Part shown: piece after piece, positions 10,716-18,958 of the stretch
How positions within the stretch are numbered: position 1 is the stretch's first letter
Layout: every line of letters begins with the position of its first letter
Source: Squalus acanthias
Taxonomy: Eukaryota
Assembly: GCA_030390025.1 (NCBI GenBank)
Contig: JASTWF010000035.1
Coordinates: 4,514,679-4,534,678 of the forward strand
DNA: 20,000 bases
Reading direction: 5' to 3'
Translations under genes and position numbers: made by a program
The notes under the pieces: model-generated
Told to the model about the DNA's origin: nothing
Database searches by the model: none
The model's input: only the letters and a program-made list of their open reading frames with translations

Positions 10716-10853
10716 CTAGGAGATGAGGCGGCTGTGTAGATCGTGGAGCTGATCTTGGAGCAGGACAATACGGTGAACCTGCCCCTCACCGGGTGGGCAC
10801 GGTACGGTCACTTTGCCCACACACACCGCGTCTGTCCTCTGCTCTTCCTTAGC
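10716..10853 (-). CDS. DCTN1: Dynactin subunit 1 (p150Glued), terminal coding exon (45 aa + stop)
   Basis: Manual translation after the acceptor gives [45 protein letters not shown]. This is colinear with the recalled human DCTN1 C-terminus [45 protein letters not shown]. Not present in the ORF track. Confidence 0.93.
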   Translation of the reverse strand, partial: AKEEQRTDAVCVGKVTVPCPPGEGQVHRIVLLQDQLHDLHSRLIS

Positions 10854-10890
10854 CTGTAGCAGAAAACAAAACAGCGGTTAAAGGTCAGGA
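10854..10890 (-). promoter_or_regulatory. DCTN1: Splice acceptor (branch point/polypyrimidine/AG) of the last DCTN1 intron, phase 0
   Basis: Minus strand reads ttcctgacctttaaccgctgttttgttttctgctacAG|GCTAAG. Confidence 0.9.
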
Positions 10891-10906
10891 ACAGAACACA
10901 TTACAT

Positions 10907-10998
10907 TAGAACATCAGAAATAGGAGCAGGAGTCGGCCATTCGGCCCCTCGAGCCTGCTCCGCCATTCAATAAGATCATGGCTGATCTTCGACCTCAA
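10907..10998 (-). mobile_element. Very short CR1 3'-end-only insertion
   Basis: Near-identical to 12731-12820 (AGAAATAGGAGCAGGAGTCGGCCAT...ATCATGGCTGATC). Confidence 0.85.
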
Positions 10999-11002
10999 CA
11001 CG

Positions 11003-11325
11003 CAAACAGGCCATTCGGCCCATCCAGTCCGTGCCGGGGTTTACCCTCGAGAGGAAATAGTCCTAATCACATTTACCCGCCCTGTTCCCACATCACTTCC
11101 TCCCCCCGGACAATCTAATCTGGAATGTTGACAGTTTCTGCCTCAGCCACTAACCCTGGGAGTGAATCCACAGCCTCACAACTCTGTGGGAAGCGGGTTC
11201 TCCGGCTCTGTTCTAAATCTCTTACATTTAATCTCGTGTCTCTGGCCTCTCGTTCTAGACCCCCAATTACTGGAAACAGTCTGCTTCCATCCCCCTGTCC
11301 CATCCTTTCATCATTTTAAACACTT
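11003..11325 (-). mobile_element. Old degenerate CR1 3' fragment
   Basis: Remnants of RLFP...RTRG...VVxLWxSLP on the minus strand, plus an ACAGGCCATTCGGCCCA tail like that at 2511. Confidence 0.6.
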
Positions 11326-11449
11326 CACTCCCATCGCTCTGTAATCACAAGCATGCGATTTAATGCACAAAAAATATTAAATTACACACACACAGCGAGC
11401 TTGCGACATTACCTGAAGAAAGCTTTTAGAATTCATGTTAACCTGACGT

Positions 11450-11750
11450 GAGCCCAGTGCTCTTGGTGCTGGACTTAGTCCAGAGATCAGAAATTCAAAT
11501 CCCACTATAGGAAGTTGTGAATTGAATTTAGTAAAGCTGGTAGTTTATAGACTGGCACCAGAACATGACCATAAAAACTGCCAACGGGTCACTGCTGTCC
11601 TCCACGGAAGGGACCCGGCTGCCCTGACCCAGTCTGGCCGACACGTGACTCCAGGCCCGTACTCTGTCATAGATGCTCTCAAGGTAACTCGGGACGGGCA
11701 ATAAATACTGAGCTTAAAGTATCGCCCACATCCCAAAAACAAATAACAAA
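11450..11750 (+). mobile_element. Degenerate tRNA-derived SINE sharing its 3' tail with the LINE at 692-2088
   Basis: B-box-like ATTCAAATCCC at ~11493-11503. The 3' end GGGACGGGCAATAAATACTG...CGCCCACATCCCAAAAACAAAT aligns with 2023-2077. Confidence 0.7.
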
Positions 11751-12279
11751 GATACGGAGTGCGAGAGTGAGGAAACAGCAGTGCACCAAGTACAAAGCTG
11801 ACAAAGTAAAGCCGGTCCAGGGTGGAGTGAGAGAAGAGCGAGAGTTGAGAGAAGAGGTTGAGAGAAAGATTTTCTCAGAAATATTCCGTTTTCAAGGGAA
11901 AAAATGTGTTGAATTTTGAAGCCAACTCCCTTGTGTTGTGGGGATTTCAAAAAGGTTGATGCTCATTGCTCAACCCGAGACACAAGGGGGAGAGAGGCAG
12001 GCAGTTTCTTTCCTCATTCTAATTAGAATTTTTTTCTAAGTTGAATTTTGAGAGCAAACAAATGCTCTGGAGAAACAGATGGTGGGGGGGAAGGGAGCTG
12101 AGCAGAGCAAGGGGAGTAAGTGGGGGAGGGGGAAACACGAATGATTGGGGAGGTGATGGGAGGGGAGTCACTGAACTCCCCACCAAAAATGCAGCCTGCA
12201 GCATTGGTGCTCCTTCCCCCATCACACCCCCGCAACCCCACCCCACCCAGAGGGAAAGCAAAAAACAGAAGCAGAGAGA

Positions 12280-12730
12280 AATGCTCATATTTAATAATTC
12301 ATTAGAAAAAGGTGTAGTGTCAGAGGATTGGCGGATAGCTAATGTAATACCTATATTTAAGGGGGATAGAACATGTCCAGGGAACTATAGACCAGTCAGC
12401 TCAACATCGGTGGTAGGAAAAATAATGGAATCCCTACTAAAGGAGAAAATAGAAGAACATCTAGAAACCAAAAATATAATAATAGTCAGCATGGATTTCA
12501 AAAGGGAAAGTCTTGCTTGACCAACCTCAATGAACTTTTTGAAGAGGTAACAGAGAGAATTGACAAGGGTAATGCAGTAGATGTAATTTATCTAGATTTT
12601 CAAAAGGCCTTCGATAAGGTACCCCATAATAGACTGATGAACAAGGTCAGAGAATGCGGAGTCAGGGGACAAGTAGCAGAATGGATAGCTGGCTGGCTTC
12701 AGGACAGAAAGCAGAGAGTAGGGGTAAAGA
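12280..12730 (+). mobile_element. Outer CR1 (deleted subfamily), 5' part
   Basis: WRIANVIPIFKG...NYRPVS...LDFQKAFD...KQRVGVK, broken off at the 3' tail of a minus-strand CR1. Confidence 0.9.
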
Positions 12731-13337
12731 ACATAAGAAATAGGAGCAGGAGTCGGCCATACGGCCCCTCGAGCCTGCTCCGCCATTCAATAAGATCATG
12801 GCTGATCATTGACCTCAACTCCACTTTCCCGCCCAATCTCCATATCCCTCGATTCCCCTAGAATCCAAAAATCTATCTATCTCAGCCTTGAATATACTCA
12901 AAGACTCAGCATTCACAGCCCTCTGGGGCAGAGAATTCCAAAGATTCACAACCCTCTGAGTGAAGAAATTCTTCCTCATCTCAGTCTTAAATGTCTGACC
13001 CCTTATCCTGAGACTATGCCCCCTAGTTCTAGACTCTCCAGCCAGGGGAAACAGCCTCTCAGCATCTACCCTGTCAATCCCACTCAGAATCTTGTATGTT
13101 TCAATAAGATCACCTCTTATTCTTCTAAACTCCAGAGAGTATCGGCCCAATCTACACAATCTCTCCTCATAGGACAGCCCTCTGATCCCAGGAATCAATC
13201 TAGTGAACCTTTGTTGCACCGCCTCCAAGGCAAGTATATCCTTCCTTAGATAAGGAGACCAACACTGTGCCCAGTACTCCAGGTGTGGTCTCACTAAGGT
13301 CCTGTACAATTGTAGCAAGACTTCCTTACTCTTATAC
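12731..13337 (-). mobile_element. Middle CR1, 3' part
   Basis: YKSKEVLLQLYRTLVRPHLEY...GIEGYGDWAGKWS followed by the CR1 3'UTR and tail. Confidence 0.92.
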
Positions 13338-13427
13338 ATAGATACATAGAAGATAGGAGCAGGAGTAGGCCATCCGGCCCTTCGAGCCTGCTCCGCCATT
13401 TAATGAGATCATGGCTGATCCTTCAAT

Positions 13428-16256
13428 TCAGTATCCCGTCCCCGCCTTCTCTCCGTAACCCTTAACCCCTTTTGCCTGTAGAAATATATCTAATTCCCTC
13501 TTAAATATATTTAATGAGCTGGCGTACACTGCCCTCTGTGGCAATGAGTTCCACAGGTTCACCACTCTCTGAGTGAAGAAATTCCCCCTCATTTCTGTCC
13601 TAAATGGTTTAGCCCTTATCCTTAAATTATGTCCTCTAGTTCTGTTCTCACCCGCCAAGGGAAACATTCCTTCTGCATCTAATCTGTCTAGACCTGTCAG
13701 AATTTTATACACTTCTATGAGGTCCCCTCTCAATCTTCTAAACTCCAGTGTGTACATCCCTAAACTACATAGTCTCTCCTCATAGGTCAATCCCGCCATT
13801 CCTGGTATCAGCCTGGTGAATCGCCGCTGCACCCCCTCCATGGCAAGAACATCTTTCCTCAGATGAGGCGACCAAAACTGTACACAGTACTCGAGGTGTG
13901 GTCTCACCAGTGCCCTGTACAGCTGCAGCAAGGTATCCCTGTTCCTGTATTCCAACCCTTTTGCTATGAAGGCCAGCATACCGTTTGCCTTCTTGACCGC
14001 CTGTTGCACCTGCATGCTCGCCTTCAGTGACTGGTGTACAAGAACACCCAGGTCTCTCTGTACTTCCCCCTCTCCCAATTTATTGCCATTTAAATAATAA
14101 TTTGCCCTCCCGTTCCTGCACCCAAGGTGGATAACTTCGCACTTGTCCACATTATAGTGCATCTGCCATTTATCCGCCCAATCACCCAGTCTGTCCAAAT
14201 CGCTCTGGAGCTTCCTGGTCTCCTCCTCTGAGCCCACCCCCCCTCCTAGTTTAGTGTCGTCTGCAAATTTGGAAATGCTGCATTCGACTCCCTGATCCAG
14301 GTCATTAATATAAATTGTGAACAGCTGGGGACCCAGGACAGATCCCTGTGGTACCCCACTTGTTACTGCCTGCCATTCAGAAAATGAGCCGTTTATTCCA
14401 ACTCTCTGTTTTCTATCTGACAGCCAGTTCTCTATCCACGTCAATACTTTCCCCTTTATCCCATGAGCTTCAATTTTCCATGCTAATCTTTTATGTGGGA
14501 CCTTATCGAAGGCCTTTTGGAAGTCCAGGTACACCACATCTACTGGCTCTCCCCCATCTATTTTACCAGTTACTCCCTCAAAAAATTCCAATAGATTAGT
14601 CAAGCACGATTTACCCTTTGTAAATCCATGTTGACTCTGTCCTATCCTGTCCCCATTTGCTAAGTGCTCGGCTATTTCATCCTTAATGATGGACTCCAGC
14701 ATTTTGCCCACAACTGATGTAAGGCTTACAGGTCTGTAATTACCTGCTTTTTCCCTACCCCCCTTTTTGAATAGTGGGGTAACGTTAGCTACCCTCCAAT
14801 CCATGGGCACTGTTCCCGAGTCTAATGAATTCTGAAAAATCATGCTTAGTGCATCCGCTATCTCTAGGGCCACCTCCTTCAGTACCCTAGGATGCATGTT
14901 ATCAGGCCCTGGGGATTTGTCCGCCTTCAATCCCTTTAGCTTCCTTAACACCATATCCTTAGAGATATTGATTTGCGTCAGTTCCTCCTTTGCCAATGTC
15001 CCTATTTTTCCCGATATCCCAGGGAGGTTTTTTGTGTCTTCCTTCGTAAAGACTGACCCAAAGTATGCATTTAGTTGGTCTGCCATTTCCTTATTTCCCA
15101 TTATATATTCCCCCGTATCTGACTGCAATGGACCAACTTTGGTTTTCACCAGTCTTTTCCTCTTGATATACTTATAAAAGCTTTTGGAGTTAGTTTTTAT
15201 ATTTTCCGCCAGCTTGCTTTCGTAAGCTATTTTGCCCTTCTTGATTAAGCCCTTTGCCCTCCTTTGCTCTATCTTAAACTGTTCCCAATCTTCCGCTCTG
15301 GCGCGTTTTTTGGCTATTTTATACGCCCTATCTTTGGATTTTATGCTGTCTCTAATTTCCCCTGTTATCCACGGTTGAGTCACCTTTTTAGATTTCCTTT
15401 TATGCCAGATTGGTATAAACAATTTTTGCAATTTTGTCATTCTATCTTTAAATGCTTGCCATTGTTTATCTACCTCCAGTCCTCCCAGGAACGTTGTCCA
15501 ATCAGACCTACTCAGTTCCCGTCTAATGGCATCATAATTCCCCTTGTTTAAATTCAGGACCTGAGTCTCTGAGTCAATTTCTTCGCTCTCCATTTCGAGT
15601 GAGAAATCGATCATGTTATGATCGCTCTGACCCAAGGGTCCCCGTACAACAAGATTACTAATTAGTCCCTTCTCATTGCACAGTACCCAGTCCAATATAG
15701 CCTGTTCCCGAGTTGGTTCCTCGACATATTGATCCAGATAACCATCCCTTAAACACTCAAGGAATTCCTCCTCCTCATTATTTTTACTGATTAGGCTAGT
15801 CCAATCTATATGTAAGTTAAAGTCACCTATGATGACAGCTGTGCTCTTATTGCACGCTTCTCTAATTTCCCTCGTGATGCCCTCCCCAACCTCTATTTTA
15901 CTATTTGGAGGCCTATATACCACTCCTATTAATGTTTTTCGCCCCTCGCTATTTCTTAGCTCCACCCATATAGATTCTGTATTAACTGAGTTAATATCCT
16001 TCCTTTCAATTGCATTTATCCCCTCTTTTACCAGCAATGCTACCCCTCCTCCCTTTCTTTTTTGTCGATCCTTCCTAAATACTGAATACCCCTGTATGTT
16101 AAGCTCCCAGCCCTGCTCACCCTGCAACCATGTTTCCGTAATCCCAATTAGATCATAATTATTAACCTCTATTTCCACAGCTAATTCATCTACCTTGTTC
16201 CTGATGCTTCTCGCATTAAGGTATAAAACCCTCAGGCTTTTTTTATGCTCACATTT
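13428..16256 (-). CDS. CR1 ORF2: APE endonuclease + reverse transcriptase (open stop-to-stop, no AUG before the endonuclease)
   Basis: The 916-aa ORF extends 26 codons further upstream to include LRVLYLNARSIRNK. Motifs ITETW, GGGVAL, VYRPP, GDFN, ILDWV, SDH, KSPGPD, QHGF, GVPQGS and FADD are all intact. Confidence 0.93.
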   Translation of the reverse strand, partial: KCEHKKSLRVLYLNARSIRNKVDELAVEIEVNNYDLIGITETWLQGEQGWELNIQGYSVFRKDRQKRKGGGVALLVKEGINAIERKDINSVNTESIWVELRNSEGRKTLIGVVYRPPNSKIEVGEGITREIREACNKSTAVIIGDFNLHIDWTSLISKNNEEEEFLECLRDGYLDQYVEEPTREQAILDWVLCNEKGLISNLVVRGPLGQSDHNMIDFSLEMESEEIDSETQVLNLNKGNYDAIRRELSRSDWTTFLGGLEVDKQWQAFKDRMTKLQKLFIPIWHKRKSKKVTQPWITGEIRDSIKSKDRAYKIAKKRARAEDWEQFKIEQRRAKGLIKKGKIAYESKLAENIKTNSKSFYKYIKRKRLVKTKVGPLQSDTGEYIMGNKEMADQLNAYFGSVFTKEDTKNLPGISGKIGTLAKEELTQINISKDMVLRKLKGLKADKSPGPDNMHPRVLKEVALEIADALSMIFQNSLDSGTVPMDWRVANVTPLFKKGGREKAGNYRPVSLTSVVGKMLESIIKDEIAEHLANGDRIGQSQHGFTKGKSCLTNLLEFFEGVTGKIDGGEPVDVVYLDFQKAFDKVPHKRLAWKIEAHGIKGKVLTWIENWLSDRKQRVGINGSFSEWQAVTSGVPQGSVLGPQLFTIYINDLDQGVECSISKFADDTKLGGGVGSEEETRKLQSDLDRLGDWADKWQMHYNVDKCEVIHLGCRNGRANYYLNGNKLGEGEVQRDLGVLVHQSLKASMQVQQAVKKANGMLAFIAKGLEYRNRDTLLQLYRALVRPHLEYCVQFWSPHLRKDVLAMEGVQRRFTRLIPGMAGLTYEERLCSLGMYTLEFRRLRGDLIEVYKILTGLDRLDAEGMFPLAGENRTRGHNLRIRAKPFRTEMRGNFFTQRVVNLWNSLPQRAVYASSLNIFKRELDIFLQAKGVKGYGEKAGTGY

Positions 16257-16368
16257 TTATGAATTAGTTTGGCCCTTTGTTTTTTGTTCCTCTCCTTTTT
16301 ACCATTTATTTCTGTCTGCCTTTCACTTTCCTCTATTTCACTACATGGGTTTCTAGCCCCCTGCCATA

Positions 16369-16632
16369 CTAGTTTAAATGCTCCCGAACTGCTTTATCAA
16401 AATTTACCCCGAGAACCTCAGTTCCATCTTTGCACAGGTGTAGACCGTCCCTTTTGTATAGGTCACACCTACCACAAAACTGGTCCCAATGCCTCAAAAA
16501 TTTAAAACCCTCCCTCTTACACCACTGCTCAAGCCACGTATTTAGCCTAACTATCCTGTTCTCTGTACTCTTACTAGCACGTGGCACTGGTAGTAATCCA
16601 GAGATTACTACCTTCGAGGTCCTACTTTTTAG
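16369..16632 (-). pseudogene. CR1 ORF1 C-terminal remnant (SGNH esterase-like domain)
   Basis: LKSRTSKVVISGLLPVPRAS...LNTWLEQWCKREGFKFLRHW...YKRDGLHL...HLN*. The DGLH (DxxH) block matches the CR1 ORF1 esterase. Confidence 0.85.
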
Positions 16633-16996
16633 CTTATACTCTAACCCCCTTGCAATAATGGCCAACATGCTATTTGCCTTCCTAATTGCTTGCTGTACCT
16701 GCATGCTAGCTTTCTGTGTTTCCTGTACGAGGACACCTAAATCTCTCTGAACACCAACATTTGAAAGTTTCTCACCAATTAAAAAATATTCTGTTTTTCT
16801 ATTCTTCCTACCAAAGTGAATAACCTCACATTTCCCAACATTATACTCCATCTGCCACCCTACTGCCCACTCACTTAGTCTATCTATATCCCTTTGCAGA
16901 CTCTGTGTTCTCCTCACAGCTTACTGTCCCACCTAGCTTTGTATCATCAGCAAACTTGGATACAAACTTGGTCTCTTCATCTAGGTCATTAATATA

Positions 16997-17446
16997 CAGG
17001 AAACTCTTTATTAACCGGCACCGATGGGACCGGCGTGGTGCCGGTTTATCGAAAGTACCGGATAACGGAGAGTTATATCTACCGAGGCTATTTTTAACAA
17101 AGAAAAATAAATAAATCAAGAAATGTGCAGTATACAGTATTTGGGTACTTTTGAAAACTACCCCAACTGACTAAATCGGCGTTCGCGGACTCGGACTCGG
17201 GATCGGCAACATTGCCGGTTATTTGAGAGGAGTTTTCGGAGTACTCGGCGTTCGCGGAGACTCGACTGCGACTCGGCAACATTGCCGGTTATTTGAGAGG
17301 AGTTTTCGGAGTACTCGGCGTTCGCGGAGACTCGACTGCGACTCGGCAACATTGCCGGTTATTTGAGAGGAGTTTTCGGAGGATGATTTTTGCCGGTTAA
17401 GCGAGAATTCCGGATATTTGGGTGCCGGATAAACAAAAGTTTCCTG
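16997..17446. mobile_element. Complete 450-bp Tc1/mariner (pogo/Tigger-like) MITE with TA target-site duplication
   Basis: TIRs CAGGAAACTCTTTATTAACCGGCACC and CAGGAAACTTTTGTTTATCCGGCACC match at 22/26. TA at 16995-16996 and 17447-17448. Removing the element restores CR1 FTIYIND. Confidence 0.92.
17178..17379 (+). repeat. 70-bp CpG-rich tandem repeat (~3 copies) inside the MITE
   Basis: ATTGCCGGTTATTTGAGAGGAGTTTTCGGA recurs at 17211, 17281 and 17351. Confidence 0.95.
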
Positions 17447-17859
17447 TAGATTGTAAATAGCTGAGGCCCCAACACTGATCCTTGCAGCACCCCACTAGTT
17501 ACAGCCTGCCAACCTGAAAAAGACCCGTTTATCCCTACTCTCTGTTTTCTGTCTGTTAACCAATCCTCTATCCATGCTATTATATTACCCCCAACCCCAT
17601 GAGCCCTAATCTTGTGTAATAACCTTTTATGTGGCACCTTATCGAATGCCTTTTGGAAATTCAAATATACTACATCCACTGGTTCCCCTTTATCTACGCT
17701 GGTAGTTGCATCCTCAAAAAAGTCAAATAAATTTGTCAAACACGATTTCCCTTTCATAAAACCATGTTGACTCTGCCTAATCATGTTACGATTTTCTAAG
17801 TGACTTATTACCACTTCCTTCACAATGGATTCCAGCATTTTCCAGACGAATGATGTCAG

Positions 17860-18886
17860 GGTAGCTGTTCACAGTGGTAGAAGGTGGGTCGTGGTGTTCC
17901 ACAAGGATCAGTGCTGGGACCACTGCTGTTCACGATTTAGACTTTGGAATCAAAAACACAATTTCTAAATTTGCGGATGACACCAAATTGGGGGGATAGT
18001 CAATACTGAGGAGGACTGCAACAAATTACAGGAGGACATTAATAAACTTGCAGAATGGGCATATAATTGGCAAATGAAATTCAACACAGATAAATGTGAG
18101 GTATTACATTTTGGTAGGAAGAATAGGGAGGTCACTTGTCACTTGGAGGGTGCGAGTCTAGGTGGGGTAGAGGAACAAAGGGATCTCGGAGTAAAATACA
18201 CAAATCACTAAAAGTTGCGACACAGGTTAGCAAGGCCATAAAAAAAGCAAACCAAGCACTAGGGTTTATTTCTAGAGGGATAGAATTGGAAAGTAGTGAA
18301 GTTATGCTAAACCTGTATCGAACCTTGGTTAGACCACACTTGGAGTACTGCGTACAGTTCTGGTCGCCATATTATAAAAAGGATATAGAGGCACTGGAGA
18401 GGGTGCAGAGATTTACAAGGATGATGCCAGAAATGCGAAGGTATACCTATCTGGAAAGGATGAACAGGCTGGGTCTCTTTTCTCTTGAAAAAAGACTGAG
18501 GGGGTGACCTAACAGAGGTCTTTAAGAAAGGGTTTGATAGGAGAGACGTAGAGAGAATGTTTCCACTTGTGGGGAGACCAGAACTAGGGGCCATCAATAT
18601 AAGAGTGACCAATAAACCCAATAGGGAATTCAGGAGAAACTTCTTAACCCAGAGAGTGGGGAGAATGTGGAACTCACTACCACAGGGAGTGGTTGAAGTG
18701 AGTAGCACAGTTGCATTTAAAGGGAGGCTGGACAAGCATCTGTGGGAGAAGGGATTAGAGGGTTATGCTGATAGAGTTAGATGAGGAAAGACAGGAGGAG
18801 GCTCAAGTGGAGCATAAACGCCGGCATGGACTGGTTGGGCCAAATGGCCTGTTTCTGTCCTTATATATCCTATGTAATCCGATGTA
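17860..18886 (+). mobile_element. Outer CR1 (deleted subfamily), 3' part
   Basis: Resumes GSCSQW*KVGRGVPQGSVLGP directly after RVGVK at 12728. Contains FADD, RPHLEYC, the 3'UTR and a CTATGTAAT-like tail. Confidence 0.9.
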
Positions 18887-18958
18887 AAAATGCAGTGGAG
18901 AGACTATTTTTGAATGAATATATTGGGGGAGTTTTTACAGTAGCTGGAGTGAGTGCCG

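Larger units (their letters stand above)
13338..16632 (-). mobile_element. Inner young CR1 LINE, truncated within ORF1, with uninterrupted ORF2
   Basis: ORF1 C-terminus, ORF2, 3'UTR and TCTATGTA-type tail. Flanked by duplicated CTTATAC (13331-13337 and 16633-16639). Confidence 0.95.
16633..17859 (-). mobile_element. Middle CR1, 5' part (interrupted by MITE at 16997-17446)
   Basis: MLESIVKE...QHGF...GSVLGPQLFTIY|INDLDEE...FADD...ARGLEYK, continuous with 13337 once the inserts are removed. Confidence 0.92.

Noticed and set aside
12164..12175. GGAGTCACTG match to the terminal satellite on the other side of the CR1 nest
   Set aside because: Only a 10-nt match in G-rich sequence; too short to infer common origin.
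13428..16178. Retron, group II intron, DGR or domesticated RT gene
   Set aside because: APE endonuclease+RT layout, CR1 3' tail, TSD and many paralogous fragments show an ordinary non-LTR retrotransposon.
16369..16917. 182-aa RT-esterase fusion ORF
   Set aside because: Spans the insertion junction at 16633-16639 between the middle CR1 ORF2 and the inner CR1 ORF1, so it is a by-product of nesting.
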